DNA from: Candidatus Kerfeldbacteria bacterium
GTDB lineage: Bacteria; Patescibacteriota; Patescibacteriia; SBBC01; CAIJZX01
Direction: 5' to 3'
NCBI GenBank assembly: GCA_963731735.1
Contig: CAVSWO010000002.1
Coordinates: 628,257-692,256 of the forward strand
Length of the DNA stretch: 64,000 nt
Position 1 is the first letter of the stretch. Every line of letters begins with the position of its first letter. The notes under the pieces were generated by a model. That model did no database searches, was not told where the DNA came from, and saw nothing but the letters and a program-made list of their open reading frames with translations. Shown here in pieces: positions 50,842 through 60,828 of the stretch. Position numbers and translations under genes: made by a program.

Positions 50842-51759
50842 GAATTTTTTAACGTATTGCGTGGCGTCCGCGGGGGTTCGCAACCAGATAATATCTGGTT
50901 CTTTACGCCACCAAGTCTCCTGTCGACGGACAAAGGCGTGAATGTCACCCTTGAGACGTGCAATCATTTCCGCGCGTTCAAGCTGGCCACGGAGGAATTT
51001 TGCGATCCAACGGTATTCCAAACCGAAAGCATCCAGACGTTTCCATGAAACCCCCTGGGCATGCAAGCGTCTGACTTCTCGAATCATGCCCTGGCGAATA
51101 CGTGCATCAACACGTTGATCAATTTTTCGATATAGCTTGGTCCGCGGGACACGCAGGCCGAGTTTGATGGTGCGCATGTCCTCAGTTTTTTTGACCACCC
51201 CCGCACCCCTCCTTGTATAAGGAGGGGACTGACTGAGGGCAATTTCAATTGCCCGGATAAGGCGCCGGCGGTTGGCGCGGTCGATAATTTTGGCTCGGGT
51301 GGGGTCGAGTTTGGTTAAGAGGTTGATGAGTTGATTGGTTGATTTGGCATCCAACCGCCGACGCAGATCCAGGTCTGGCTTCACCGCCGAGAAGCTGATC
51401 GGTTCGGTCAGGGCCTTGATGTAGAAGGGTGAGCCACCAACAACAAAGACCGGCGTTGAGGCCGGAATGCGCTTGAGGAGGCGTTGGACGTCTCTGACAT
51501 AGCGTGAAACGGAATACTGACCCTGTGGGGAGGCGACGCTGAGGAGATAGTGGGGGACACCGCGCATTTCCCGCTTGGTAATCTTGGCGGTCCCGATATC
51601 AAGCCCGCGGTAGACTTGGCGTGAATCGGCTGAGATGACGATGCCTTTGAATTTCCTGGCGAGTCGGACGCCGAGGGCAGATTTCCCCGAGGCAGTCGGG
51701 CCAAGGATGACGATCAGCTTGCGCATGGTGACTACTATACCATGCTTGACGGAAATCAT
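50830..51759 (-). CDS. miaA: tRNA dimethylallyltransferase MiaA
   Basis: The P-loop reads ILGPTASGKSALG, and SADSRQVYRGLDIGTAK is present. Confidence 0.85.
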   Translation of the reverse strand: MISVKHGIVVTMRKLIVILGPTASGKSALGVRLARKFKGIVISADSRQVYRGLDIGTAKITKREMRGVPHYLLSVASPQGQYSVSRYVRDVQRLLKRIPASTPVFVVGGSPFYIKALTEPISFSAVKPDLDLRRRLDAKSTNQLINLLTKLDPTRAKIIDRANRRRLIRAIEIALSQSPPYTRRGAGVVKKTEDMRTIKLGLRVPRTKLYRKIDQRVDARIRQGMIREVRRLHAQGVSWKRLDAFGLEYRWIAKFLRGQLERAEMIARLKGDIHAFVRRQETWWRKEPDIIWLRTPADATQYVKKFLDA

Positions 51760-51819
51760 GGTTTATTGTAAGACAACCCACACACGATTGATCCTTCCAC
51801 CTGAACCAGGAGGTTCACA

Positions 51820-52572
51820 ATGAAAACTTCAGCCGCGTCCAAGGATGGTCGGTGGACGATCATTTTTGACGGGGACGGAACGCTCTGGCAATGTGATTAT
51901 TATCCACCCGCCAGCGCCAATTGTATCGCTCGGATACGTGAAGCCTGGCCCGACTGTCCAATCTCGGATGCGGAAATCGACCGCCACGAACATCGCGTTC
52001 AGCGCGCTTTGCTCAAGCGTTACGGATTTTATCTGACCATCTTTGAAGCCGGCTGGGTGGAAACCTACATCCAGCTCTGCCATACTTTTCAGCGGCCGGT
52101 TGAGCAACGCATGATTGCGGATATTCGACGGCTGGCCGGCGCCATACACTTGGCTGACTACCCGGTATTTGCCGGCGTCATCCCGACCCTAGATGACCTG
52201 TTGGCGGCCGGCTACGAATTGCATCTCCTGACGCTGGGCGATAAAACCTTCCAATGGTCAAAAATCCGTCGGAACGGGCTGGCGGAACATTTTAGTCAGG
52301 TGCATGTCGTCCAACAAGGCAAAGAACGCAGCATGCGAATGCTGGCGTGTAACGGTCGGCCGACAATCATGGTCGGGGACTCGTACTGGAGCGACATCGT
52401 ACCGGCCAAGGTGAATAGTCTGACTCCGGTTTGGATTCATACCACGGAATCCTGGCACCTGGGCGACGGGGAACTTGACCTGGGCGGAGTTCATGTCATC
52501 CGGTCGGTGCCGGACGTCCCGAAGCTCCTGGATCACCTCAACAGCAATCCTTTCCGACCCGCGGCTGACTAA
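51820..52572 (+). CDS. HAD-superfamily hydrolase
   Basis: Motif I is IIFDGDGTLW. The C-terminal MVGDSYWSDI is motif IV. Confidence 0.65.
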   Translation: MKTSAASKDGRWTIIFDGDGTLWQCDYYPPASANCIARIREAWPDCPISDAEIDRHEHRVQRALLKRYGFYLTIFEAGWVETYIQLCHTFQRPVEQRMIADIRRLAGAIHLADYPVFAGVIPTLDDLLAAGYELHLLTLGDKTFQWSKIRRNGLAEHFSQVHVVQQGKERSMRMLACNGRPTIMVGDSYWSDIVPAKVNSLTPVWIHTTESWHLGDGELDLGGVHVIRSVPDVPKLLDHLNSNPFRPAAD

Positions 52573-52587
52573 GCTGCGGGTTTTTTC

Positions 52588-54336
52588 TTACAACGTCAGT
52601 TTACGCGCTTGGACAATTTTTTGTGAACTTGCCAAAAACGCCTTGAGCGTTGTTTGGCGCATAACTTTTTTGCCGCGGACCCGGACGGCAATCTGCTTGA
52701 GGGATTTTTCTTTATCACCAATGACGATGGTGTAGGGCACTTTCTGCTTTTCAGCCTTGCGAATTTTATAACCGACGGTTTCATCGGCCTGATCCAGATG
52801 GACGCGCATCCCAGCCTCGGCCAGTTGACGGAATAATTTTTTGCCGGTCGGGTTATGTTTTTTCGCCACGGTCGCGATTTGGACTTGGACCGGCGATAAC
52901 CAGAGCGGGAAGGCCCCACCGAAGTGTTCAATCAGAATAGCCAAGTAGCGCTCAATCGAACCCATAATTGCGGCGTGAATCATCACAATTCGTTCAGGTT
53001 CACCCTGTTCATTGATGCAGGATAAGGAAAATCGCTCCGGCATATTCATATCAAGTTGAATGGTGGCCAGCTGCCATTCCCGGCCGAGGGAATCAATCGA
53101 GATGAAGTCGATTTTCGGTCCATAGAAGGCCGCCTCGCCAATCGCTTCCGTAACCTTGGCCTGTTCGGCTTTGGCTACCTGGCGGAGCAAGGTTTCTGCG
53201 GTTTTCCAGCTAGCTGCTTGGCCCAGATATTTTTCCGGTTGCTTGGGATCGTGGAGTGACAGACGAACCTGCAATTCGAATCCGGCCGCTCGATAAAATG
53301 TTTTCACGATTTTCCAGATCGCCCGCATTTCCGATTCGACCTGGGACAACCGACAGAAGACGTGGGCGTCATCCTGGGTGATGGCGCGAACCCGGGCCAG
53401 GCCGGCGAGTTCGCCGGTCTGTTCGTCGCGGTAGACTTTGGTCGTACTAGCGTACCGTTGCGGCAATTCACGATAGGAATGCTGTTTGCGCGCGTAAATT
53501 TGCGTATGGTGCGGACAGTTCATCGGCTTAATCGCGAATAGGTGCCCCTCACGCGTTTTGACCTTAAACAATTCATCGCTAAATTTCTGCCAATGGCCGC
53601 TGCGTTCATACAGATCTTTCTTGGTCAGGTGGGGGATGTCGACGCGCTGATACCCGGCGGCCTGACGAAGTTCCCAGACATAGGTATCAAGCGTATCGCG
53701 GAGGAGCGTTCCCTTGGGTGTCCAGAGTGGCAAACCGCCCCCGACTAATTCGCTAAAGGTAAACAGATCGAGTTCCGGGCCAAGAATTTTATGATCGCGT
53801 TTTTTCGCTTCGGCTTGCTGCCGCGTGTAGACTTCTAGTTCCGCCTTGGTCGCGAAAGCTAAACCATAAATGCGCTGCAGCATCGGTTTTGTGCTGTCCC
53901 CGCGCCAATAGGCGCCCGCGATATGTGTCAACCGAAAGGCGTCGGGATTGATGTCACCGGTATTAGCCACATGGCCGCCACGGCAAAGATCGATAAAATC
54001 ACCCACTTGATAAAATGTCGGCGTTTGACCTTGGGACTTTATTTCTTCCAGCAATTCTTGCTTGTACGGTTGGCGTTCGATGTATTCGGCCACCCCAGGT
54101 GTTTCAACGCCGACCGCCCGCATTGGCAACCGCTGCTTGATTAAATGACGCATGCGCTTCTCGAGTTGTTTCAGCTGATCAGGGTGAACTGATTGGTCCA
54201 GGTCGATATCATAATAAAAACCATTCGCAATCGTCGGGCCGATGGCAAATTTGGCTTTTGGATACTGGTCCTGAACGGCGTGGGCCAATAGATGTGCTAA
54301 GGTGTGCCGAATCTGATCGAGTTGTTGGGTTGACAT
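52588..54336 (-). CDS. thrS: threonyl-tRNA synthetase lacking the N-terminal TGS domain
   Basis: From MSTQQLDQIRHTLAHLLAHAV... the sequence aligns with the N2 domain onward. The class II core and anticodon-binding domain are present. The 89-codon upstream extension in the track ORF looks non-coding. Confidence 0.85.
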   Translation of the reverse strand: MSTQQLDQIRHTLAHLLAHAVQDQYPKAKFAIGPTIANGFYYDIDLDQSVHPDQLKQLEKRMRHLIKQRLPMRAVGVETPGVAEYIERQPYKQELLEEIKSQGQTPTFYQVGDFIDLCRGGHVANTGDINPDAFRLTHIAGAYWRGDSTKPMLQRIYGLAFATKAELEVYTRQQAEAKKRDHKILGPELDLFTFSELVGGGLPLWTPKGTLLRDTLDTYVWELRQAAGYQRVDIPHLTKKDLYERSGHWQKFSDELFKVKTREGHLFAIKPMNCPHHTQIYARKQHSYRELPQRYASTTKVYRDEQTGELAGLARVRAITQDDAHVFCRLSQVESEMRAIWKIVKTFYRAAGFELQVRLSLHDPKQPEKYLGQAASWKTAETLLRQVAKAEQAKVTEAIGEAAFYGPKIDFISIDSLGREWQLATIQLDMNMPERFSLSCINEQGEPERIVMIHAAIMGSIERYLAILIEHFGGAFPLWLSPVQVQIATVAKKHNPTGKKLFRQLAEAGMRVHLDQADETVGYKIRKAEKQKVPYTIVIGDKEKSLKQIAVRVRGKKVMRQTTLKAFLASSQKIVQARKLTL

Positions 54337-54412
54337 AAGCGTCGAACTATGATAGTAACAAATTGTTCTTTCAGGAGTGCCGAGATCAGCGTCGTTCTCC
54401 AGAGGAGGGAGC

Positions 54413-54724
54413 ATGACCCGCATGCGTGAGCTCCACGATTGGCCGGCGGCCGTGGTGGTTGAGAATCTGGCCGAACCGTCACTCAAATTACCGCCGCATT
54501 GCTCACCCGCGATGGTTCCCGGTACGACCTTCGTGAAGTACCGATCGGGCCGGACGGCTGAGCGTCTGCTGCAACATCTGTTCGAGGAAATCGAGCTGGC
54601 CATGGTGGCCAGTCCAGCGTCCCGTCCCGATTGGGACAGCCTGGAAGTCTTTCAACTCGATCATCGTATCCGAGGTCGATGGGACGGGGCGGTGCGCCTC
54701 AAGATTCATCCGCGGTTGGAGTAA
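54413..54724 (+). CDS. hypothetical 103-aa protein, divergent from thrS
   Basis: A GAGGAGGGAGC RBS lies directly before the ATG at 54413. No motif recognised. Confidence 0.4.
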   Translation: MTRMRELHDWPAAVVVENLAEPSLKLPPHCSPAMVPGTTFVKYRSGRTAERLLQHLFEEIELAMVASPASRPDWDSLEVFQLDHRIRGRWDGAVRLKIHPRLE

Positions 54725-54963
54725 TCCGACCGCTTTTTTTTCGCAAAGAACCAACCATCACTGTCTGATGTTTGGGACCCACGAGTTTGTTCGGGGCGGT
54801 TCCACCCAACTTTTCGGGCCGCGATTGCGGCGCGAACGCTCACTTGGTTGTTTGGCGCTTAGTCTCCGGTTGGAGAATCGGACTGATTCCGGCTTGGTAA
54901 GCCGAACAATCGCGCTGCAGTGATTGTACCGTTTTTCACCAGGACGTCAACCTGATAGCCCGG

Positions 54964-56106
54964 TCAAGATGAAGAATTACTATTTTGCTTGCCGGGAGCG
55001 GGATCTTGGGGCGTCTCGAGACGGACCGTAATCCGATCGGCTTGCGCCGAGGTGGCGGTCCGCCACCAGGGTGCGATCTTGACGAGCACCCGATCAACTT
55101 GTTGAGAACCTAACAATCGCTTAGTGATATCCTCTTGCGACAGACTAGTAAAACGGCTGGGTTGGAGGATCGGATTTTTTGGACTCAAGCTGGCGGTGGC
55201 GGTCCCGGTGACGCTGATGGTCAGACTGTCGAGCGCCGGTTGTTCGACGAAGGTGAGTTTGATTGGGTCAACCGAAACGATGATCTGGCCGTCGGCCAGC
55301 GCATCAGTCAGCCGTTGCCTGATCAAGGCGTCTAGCGCGGATTGGTCGAAGGTCGCCGTAATGACTTTGGCCTCGACGGTGATGGTGTACTGATCGCTGG
55401 GCGTATCGGGATCGGGATCAGCACTGACCGAAACTGGTTGAACCGTTCGAAAAGTTCCGGCTGAACTGGCGCCGACCCGGTCGAGAATTTTCTGTTGGGC
55501 CTGGTTGCTGGCTTGATTTAACCCTTGACTCCCAAGGACGCCAGCCGCCGTGGTGGTGCCGCCGGTAAAGACCTGATCAGTTGTTCCGTAGACGAGCGCT
55601 TGATTGGCCGGACGCAGCGCCACGATGGTCAACCGGCCGGGTTCAATTTCACCTTCCGGTCCAAGCGGATCAGCCACCGCTTCGATTTGGATAGTGCCGT
55701 GGGCAGGCACATCGACACGGTCGACCGTCCGGACAATTACGCCGCCGGTGGACTGCAGCCGGGTATTGGTCGCCAGCGGTTGGCTGGCACTCGAGTCATT
55801 ATGAATCGTCACTTGGCCGCGAGCATGGGCGGGAACTGCTTCACCCTGGTCGTTCGGTTGGGCAGAGACCGTGGCAGATTCCTGACTAACCGTGACGTCT
55901 CCGGCCAATCCATTCGGACCTTCGCCGTCCGGACTGATGGTCAGTGTCAGATCGGTCTTGACCGGCGTGGTTTTTGGGAAAACCGTGATGGTTGTTCGTG
56001 ACCACCCGGTGTACCCTAACCCCCCCAGCACCAGCACTACCAACGCAATAAACACCAGGCTGATCGTTCGGTAGCGTTGCTGCAAATGTGCTTGGGCCAA
56101 AGACAT
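54964..56106 (-). CDS. signal-anchored secreted Thr/Ala/Gln-rich protein of unknown function, downstream of dnaE
   Basis: The ATG at 56106 lies 1 nt after the dnaE TAG. The N-terminus MSLAQAHLQQRYRTISLVFIALVVLVLGG is a single TM segment. Confidence 0.5.
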   Translation of the reverse strand: MSLAQAHLQQRYRTISLVFIALVVLVLGGLGYTGWSRTTITVFPKTTPVKTDLTLTISPDGEGPNGLAGDVTVSQESATVSAQPNDQGEAVPAHARGQVTIHNDSSASQPLATNTRLQSTGGVIVRTVDRVDVPAHGTIQIEAVADPLGPEGEIEPGRLTIVALRPANQALVYGTTDQVFTGGTTTAAGVLGSQGLNQASNQAQQKILDRVGASSAGTFRTVQPVSVSADPDPDTPSDQYTITVEAKVITATFDQSALDALIRQRLTDALADGQIIVSVDPIKLTFVEQPALDSLTISVTGTATASLSPKNPILQPSRFTSLSQEDITKRLLGSQQVDRVLVKIAPWWRTATSAQADRITVRLETPQDPAPGKQNSNSSS

Positions 56107-56107
56107 A

Positions 56108-59100
56108 CTAATCGAGGATACAGTTTCCCAACAATTCTTCCAAGCGTTGACGCAGTTCCGGCGTGTCGGTGACCCGAAATTCGGTTGGGATGACTTTTTG
56201 CTGCGCGCCCTTGCGAACATGGAGTTCAACCGTTTGGTCGCCCGGCCAGCCGCTTAAGGCTGTTTTGATATCCTGAAAAAGTTCAGTACTGGCGCGCTCA
56301 AGATCGACCGCGATTTTTAAAACGGGCGGGAGCTCCCGCGGTTGAAAAATCTGACCGGAGTCAGCCAGGATTTTCCACTCGCCATCCTTATTCGAAAGCT
56401 GACCTTCAATGATTACGATCCGATCTTCAATCCAGAGGCCGTCGGTCATTTGAAAAATTTTCGGAAAGACCACGATTTCAATCGTTCCGGTTGCATCCTC
56501 CAGGCGAACAAACGCCATCCGCTGATTGTTTCGGGTCATGATCTGCTTGACGCTTGAAATCAGACCACCGACTCGGAGTTTCTTACGGTTTGGCTGGTCT
56601 TTGAGCTGCGCGATTGGAACGGCCTCTCGTTCAAGCTGTTGACGATGAGCCTGGAGCGGGTGATCGGTGATGTACAAGCCGAGCAGTTGTTTTTCCCACT
56701 GCCCGCGCTGGCTGGAGGCGGCTGGTTCGACCTCCGGCAGGCGTAATTTTGGCGCGTGGGCGGTCGGTAAAGTGCCGAACAAATTGATCTGACGCTGGTT
56801 AGCCTCCTCATCCGCTCGCCGGGCGAACAACAATAAATCGTTGACGTTGTTAATAATGGCTTGTCGTTCGGCGAAGGCATCCAGCGCGCCGACCTTGGCT
56901 AAACTCTCAAGCGATTTTTTATTCAAATCCTTGTGCTGCACCCGTTGCAGGAAATCTTCGAGTGATTGGAAGGGTCCGTTGGCCTTTCGCTCAGCAATCA
57001 AAGCCGCCACTAAATTTTCACCCACGTTTTTTATGGCGCTTAAGCCGAATCGGATGGTGGTTGGATGGCCGTCCGGATTCGGTACCACCGCAAACGACGC
57101 AAAACTTTCATTCACGTCCGGGGGCAGCACGGTCAGTCCCATCCGCCGAGCTTCTTCAATTTCCAAGGCCACCCGATCCGTATTGTGCTGATCGGAACTG
57201 AGCAGGGCGGCCATGAACTCGGCCGGGTAGTTCGCTTTAAAATAGGCCGTTTGGTAAGCGATCACCGCATAGCAGGCGGCGTGCGACCGGTTAAAACCGT
57301 AGCCGGCGAACGGTTCAATGAAATCGAAGATTTTTTCAGCCACTTGTTGATCGGTACCGCTCGCCACCGCGCGGGTAATAAACTTTTCTCGCTGTTCTCG
57401 CAGCAACTTGGCAATCTTTTTCCCCACCGCTTTCCGCAAAATGTCAGCCTCACCCAGCGAAAAACCGGCGATATCACGGGCAATCTGCAGGACTTGTTCT
57501 TGGTAGACGGCGACCCCGTAGGTTTTGGCTAAAATCGGTTCCAGGCGCGGATCCAGATAGGTTGGCTTGTGGCGCCCGTGCTTGCCGGCGATGAATTGCG
57601 GAATCAGCTCCATCGGTCCCGGGCGGTAGAGCGCCACCATCGCGATAATGTCTTCCAGGGCGGTCGGCTTCAGTTCACGGAGATACCGGCGCATGCCACC
57701 GGATTCAAGCTGGAAGACGCCGGTGGTTTCACCCCGTTTGAGCAGTTGAAAAGTGGCTCGGTTATTGAAGGGCAAGGTTTGCAAGTCAATTTTTTGCCCC
57801 CGAGTTTTTTCAATAATTGCGATGCAGGTTTCTAAAATGGTCAGGTTCGACAATCCCAAGAAGTCCATTTTGAGCAGACCCAGGTCTTCAATCGGGTGGA
57901 GCGAGTATTGACTGACGATGGCTTGGTCATCGGGTGAAGCATATTGGAGCGGGACGTGATGCTGTAACGGTTCTTTGGTGATTACCACGCCACAGGCGTG
58001 CCGTGAGGCGTGCCGTGCCACGCCTTCGAGCTTTTTGGCGCTTTCAATCAGCCGCCGGCCGTCTTCATCATTTTCAAAAATTTCTTTGAGTTCCGGTACG
58101 CTGGCCAAGGCTTGGTCGAGGGTGGTGAACATCGGGATCAGTTTGGCCACCCGATCGCAATAGGCATAAGGGAGGCCCAGGACCCGCCCGACATCACGAA
58201 TTGCGGCGCGAGCGGCCATGGTCCCGAAGGTAATTATTTGAGCGACGTGGTCTTTCCCATATTTTGATTCAACGTAGCGGAGGACTTCGTCTCGACGGGT
58301 ATCGGCAAAGTCAATATCAATATCCGGCATCGACAGACGTTCCGGATTGAGAAAGCGCTCAAACAGCAGATCATAGGCAATCGGGTCGACGTTGGTAATG
58401 TTCAAAAGGTAGGACACAATCGATCCGGCCGCCGAACCGCGTCCGGGTCCAACCACAATGCCATTATCTTTGGCCCAATTGACGAAATCCTGGACGATTA
58501 AAAAGTACGAGGCAAAACCGGTTTTTTCTATCACCCCGAGTTCGTAATCCAAACGGGTTTGAATCGTTTCGGTCATTTGGCCATAGCGTTCCGGCACGCC
58601 GGCCTCGGCCAATTGGCGCAGATAGGCCTCGGGTGAGAGCCCGCTCGGGACGTCAAAATGCGGCAGCTGGATTTGGCCGAGCGGGATTTCAACCGAGCAG
58701 CGCTCCGCGATGGTCACCGTATTCTGCAAGGCTTCCGGCGTATCACCAAAAATTTCGGCCATTTCTTCCGAGGTTTTTAACGAGACATCTTCATTCCGCA
58801 TGCTCAGGCGATCTTGATCGTCCAATTTCTTCTTCATGTGAATACACAGCAGAATATCCTGTGCCTCGGCATCTTCCGGATCGAGGTAATGCACATCGCC
58901 GGTGGCCACCAGGGGCGCGCCGGTGGTTTTGGTCAATTGTTTGAGCGCTTGATTGACTTCGGCTTGTTGGGGCAGGGACGGATGGTGCTGGAGTTCCAGG
59001 AAGAAATTATCCTTCCCTAAAATTTCTTGATAGGTGCGGATAACTGCTTCGGCCGCGCCGATGTCTTGATTAATTATAGCGCTGGCAACCTCGCCCTTGA

Positions 59101-59560
59101 GGCAGGCGCTCAGGCCAATCAGTCCGGTCGAATGTTGCCGGAGGGTTTCGTGATCAATGCGTGGGCGATAGTAATATCCGTCCAGGTGGGCGATTGACAC
59201 TAACTGCAGTAAATTCAGATACCCCTGATACGTTTCGGCCAACAGGATCAGATGATTATTGCGTTCGTCGAGTTTGGCACGCTTTTGATGCAAGCCGTTT
59301 GGCGCCACATAAATTTCTACCCCGATGATGGGTTTGATGCCGGCAGCTTTGGCTTTCTGGAAAAACTCAACCGCGCCGTACAGGACGCCGTGATCAGTCA
59401 GGGCGACGGCCGAAAATCCTTTTTGGGCGACAGCCGCAATCAGCGCGTCGATCTTTGGCAGACCGTCGAGCAGGGAATAGTGACTGTGCGTGTGGAGGTG
59501 GACGAAAGGTTGTGACATAGCGAGGACCCGCCCTTCGCGTTGCGAAGGGTGCAACACCAC
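56108..59560 (-). CDS. dnaE: DNA polymerase III alpha subunit
   Basis: The PHP domain reads FVHLHTHSHYSLLDG. The palm/fingers domains and an OB fold are present. Length is 1150 aa. Confidence 0.9.
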   Translation of the reverse strand: MVLHPSQREGRVLAMSQPFVHLHTHSHYSLLDGLPKIDALIAAVAQKGFSAVALTDHGVLYGAVEFFQKAKAAGIKPIIGVEIYVAPNGLHQKRAKLDERNNHLILLAETYQGYLNLLQLVSIAHLDGYYYRPRIDHETLRQHSTGLIGLSACLKGEVASAIINQDIGAAEAVIRTYQEILGKDNFFLELQHHPSLPQQAEVNQALKQLTKTTGAPLVATGDVHYLDPEDAEAQDILLCIHMKKKLDDQDRLSMRNEDVSLKTSEEMAEIFGDTPEALQNTVTIAERCSVEIPLGQIQLPHFDVPSGLSPEAYLRQLAEAGVPERYGQMTETIQTRLDYELGVIEKTGFASYFLIVQDFVNWAKDNGIVVGPGRGSAAGSIVSYLLNITNVDPIAYDLLFERFLNPERLSMPDIDIDFADTRRDEVLRYVESKYGKDHVAQIITFGTMAARAAIRDVGRVLGLPYAYCDRVAKLIPMFTTLDQALASVPELKEIFENDEDGRRLIESAKKLEGVARHASRHACGVVITKEPLQHHVPLQYASPDDQAIVSQYSLHPIEDLGLLKMDFLGLSNLTILETCIAIIEKTRGQKIDLQTLPFNNRATFQLLKRGETTGVFQLESGGMRRYLRELKPTALEDIIAMVALYRPGPMELIPQFIAGKHGRHKPTYLDPRLEPILAKTYGVAVYQEQVLQIARDIAGFSLGEADILRKAVGKKIAKLLREQREKFITRAVASGTDQQVAEKIFDFIEPFAGYGFNRSHAACYAVIAYQTAYFKANYPAEFMAALLSSDQHNTDRVALEIEEARRMGLTVLPPDVNESFASFAVVPNPDGHPTTIRFGLSAIKNVGENLVAALIAERKANGPFQSLEDFLQRVQHKDLNKKSLESLAKVGALDAFAERQAIINNVNDLLLFARRADEEANQRQINLFGTLPTAHAPKLRLPEVEPAASSQRGQWEKQLLGLYITDHPLQAHRQQLEREAVPIAQLKDQPNRKKLRVGGLISSVKQIMTRNNQRMAFVRLEDATGTIEIVVFPKIFQMTDGLWIEDRIVIIEGQLSNKDGEWKILADSGQIFQPRELPPVLKIAVDLERASTELFQDIKTALSGWPGDQTVELHVRKGAQQKVIPTEFRVTDTPELRQRLEELLGNCILD

Positions 59561-59574
59561 CGATCAAGCGGGAG

Positions 59575-59883
59575 CTAAAACTCGTCCGCCGAACTCGATG
59601 CGCGTGTGCTGGACCGACGTTTGGCTCGCCGGTCGGCAAAAAAGCCAAGGAGCTGTTTCAGGCCGGCTGCCAAAGCCGCCAATTCGAGATGGGTTGAAGT
59701 AATTTTTTCCTTGATGGTTTGCAAAATATCATCAATCGTGGCCAAGCGATCCCGAAAATCTTCGACGGTGCTGGAAACCGTCCGGATGATTTTGATCAGG
59801 TAGTAAGTGAACCACGCGAAAAACCCGGCTATCAGCGCGGCGCAGATGGCCAGGGTGTAGAACAGGATGTCCTGGGAATTCAT
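59575..59883 (-). CDS. small membrane protein (DUF948-like: N-terminal TM plus coiled coil), upstream of dnaE
   Basis: The sequence ILFYTLAICAALIAGFFAWFTYYLI is a TM segment, followed by a charged helical region. Confidence 0.45.
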   Translation of the reverse strand: MNSQDILFYTLAICAALIAGFFAWFTYYLIKIIRTVSSTVEDFRDRLATIDDILQTIKEKITSTHLELAALAAGLKQLLGFFADRRAKRRSSTRASSSADEF

Positions 59884-59955
59884 GCCTAGAGTATAGCACG
59901 CTCCGGCCGCGGACTAAAGTCCGCGGCCGGGACCGGCAACCACCGGCGACCTGGA

Positions 59956-60828
59956 TTGACCGACCCCCCTATTTTTGGTACGCTCAAGCCCGTTATGCAG
60001 CCTCGTGGCGACTTCCAATTAGCCTTCGGATACTGGATGGTCAGCCATCGCGAGCAACTCCGGAAATGGTGGGTGCTGGCACTTTTGGGATTCATTGGAT
60101 TTAGCTTGATTTGGACGATTGGCTTTTTTGCGCTGTTTTTTAGCCGACAGTCGGCTGATGCGCAGTTGGTGGCCGGCCGGGCCAGTGATCTGAGCGCGCT
60201 GCAAGTTCCATCCAGCGCCTTACCGCAAGCCTTGGAGACTTCGGATGTGACGGTCATTCAACGTTCGAGCACCAGTGTCGACTTGGTCGACTTTCTCACC
60301 AATCCCAACACCGCGTGGGGAGCGGCCGAGGTGACCTACCACTTTACGGTGAATGGACAAGATCAACCGTCGAACACCACCTTTGTCAATATTGCCACCC
60401 AGGATCGGCCGCTGATTGCGTCGAACGTCCCGCTCGAGAAGAGTCAAGGTGCTACCGCCAGCTTGACGATTGATGAAGTCAATTGGCAGCGGGTGGCCGC
60501 CGCGGCCCTGCCGAAACCCGCCTTCGCGGTGGAGTCGATCCAGCTCTCATCGACGAACGTGACGCTGAGTGGGCAAACATTTCTGACCATTAATGTCCAA
60601 GCCAAAGTTACCAATCGATCAGTCTATAATTTTTTACGCGTGACGGTACCGATTGTCCTGAAGCAGTCTGGGAAAATTGTGGCGGTTGATGAACTGCCGC
60701 TCGACCGCTGGCCAACCCTGAGCCAGAAAACGATTAATCACACCTGGGCCTATCCGGTCGGCGCGGCTACCGAAGCGGTGATTCTGCCCCAGGCCAGTCA
60801 GTTCGACGCGACCAACCTGTACCAGTAG
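59956..60828 (+). CDS. membrane-anchored hypothetical protein (290 aa)
   Basis: An N-terminal TM segment (WVLALLGFIGFSLIWTIGFFALFF) is followed by a Thr/Ser/Val-rich domain. An alternative start lies at ~59995. Confidence 0.45.
   Translation: MTDPPIFGTLKPVMQPRGDFQLAFGYWMVSHREQLRKWWVLALLGFIGFSLIWTIGFFALFFSRQSADAQLVAGRASDLSALQVPSSALPQALETSDVTVIQRSSTSVDLVDFLTNPNTAWGAAEVTYHFTVNGQDQPSNTTFVNIATQDRPLIASNVPLEKSQGATASLTIDEVNWQRVAAAALPKPAFAVESIQLSSTNVTLSGQTFLTINVQAKVTNRSVYNFLRVTVPIVLKQSGKIVAVDELPLDRWPTLSQKTINHTWAYPVGAATEAVILPQASQFDATNLYQ

Noticed and set aside
54337-54603. 89-codon N-terminal extension of the thrS track ORF
   Set aside because: The translation (MASSISSNRCCSRRSAVRPD...) is not ThrRS-like, and it overlaps the divergent RBS-supported gene at 54413.
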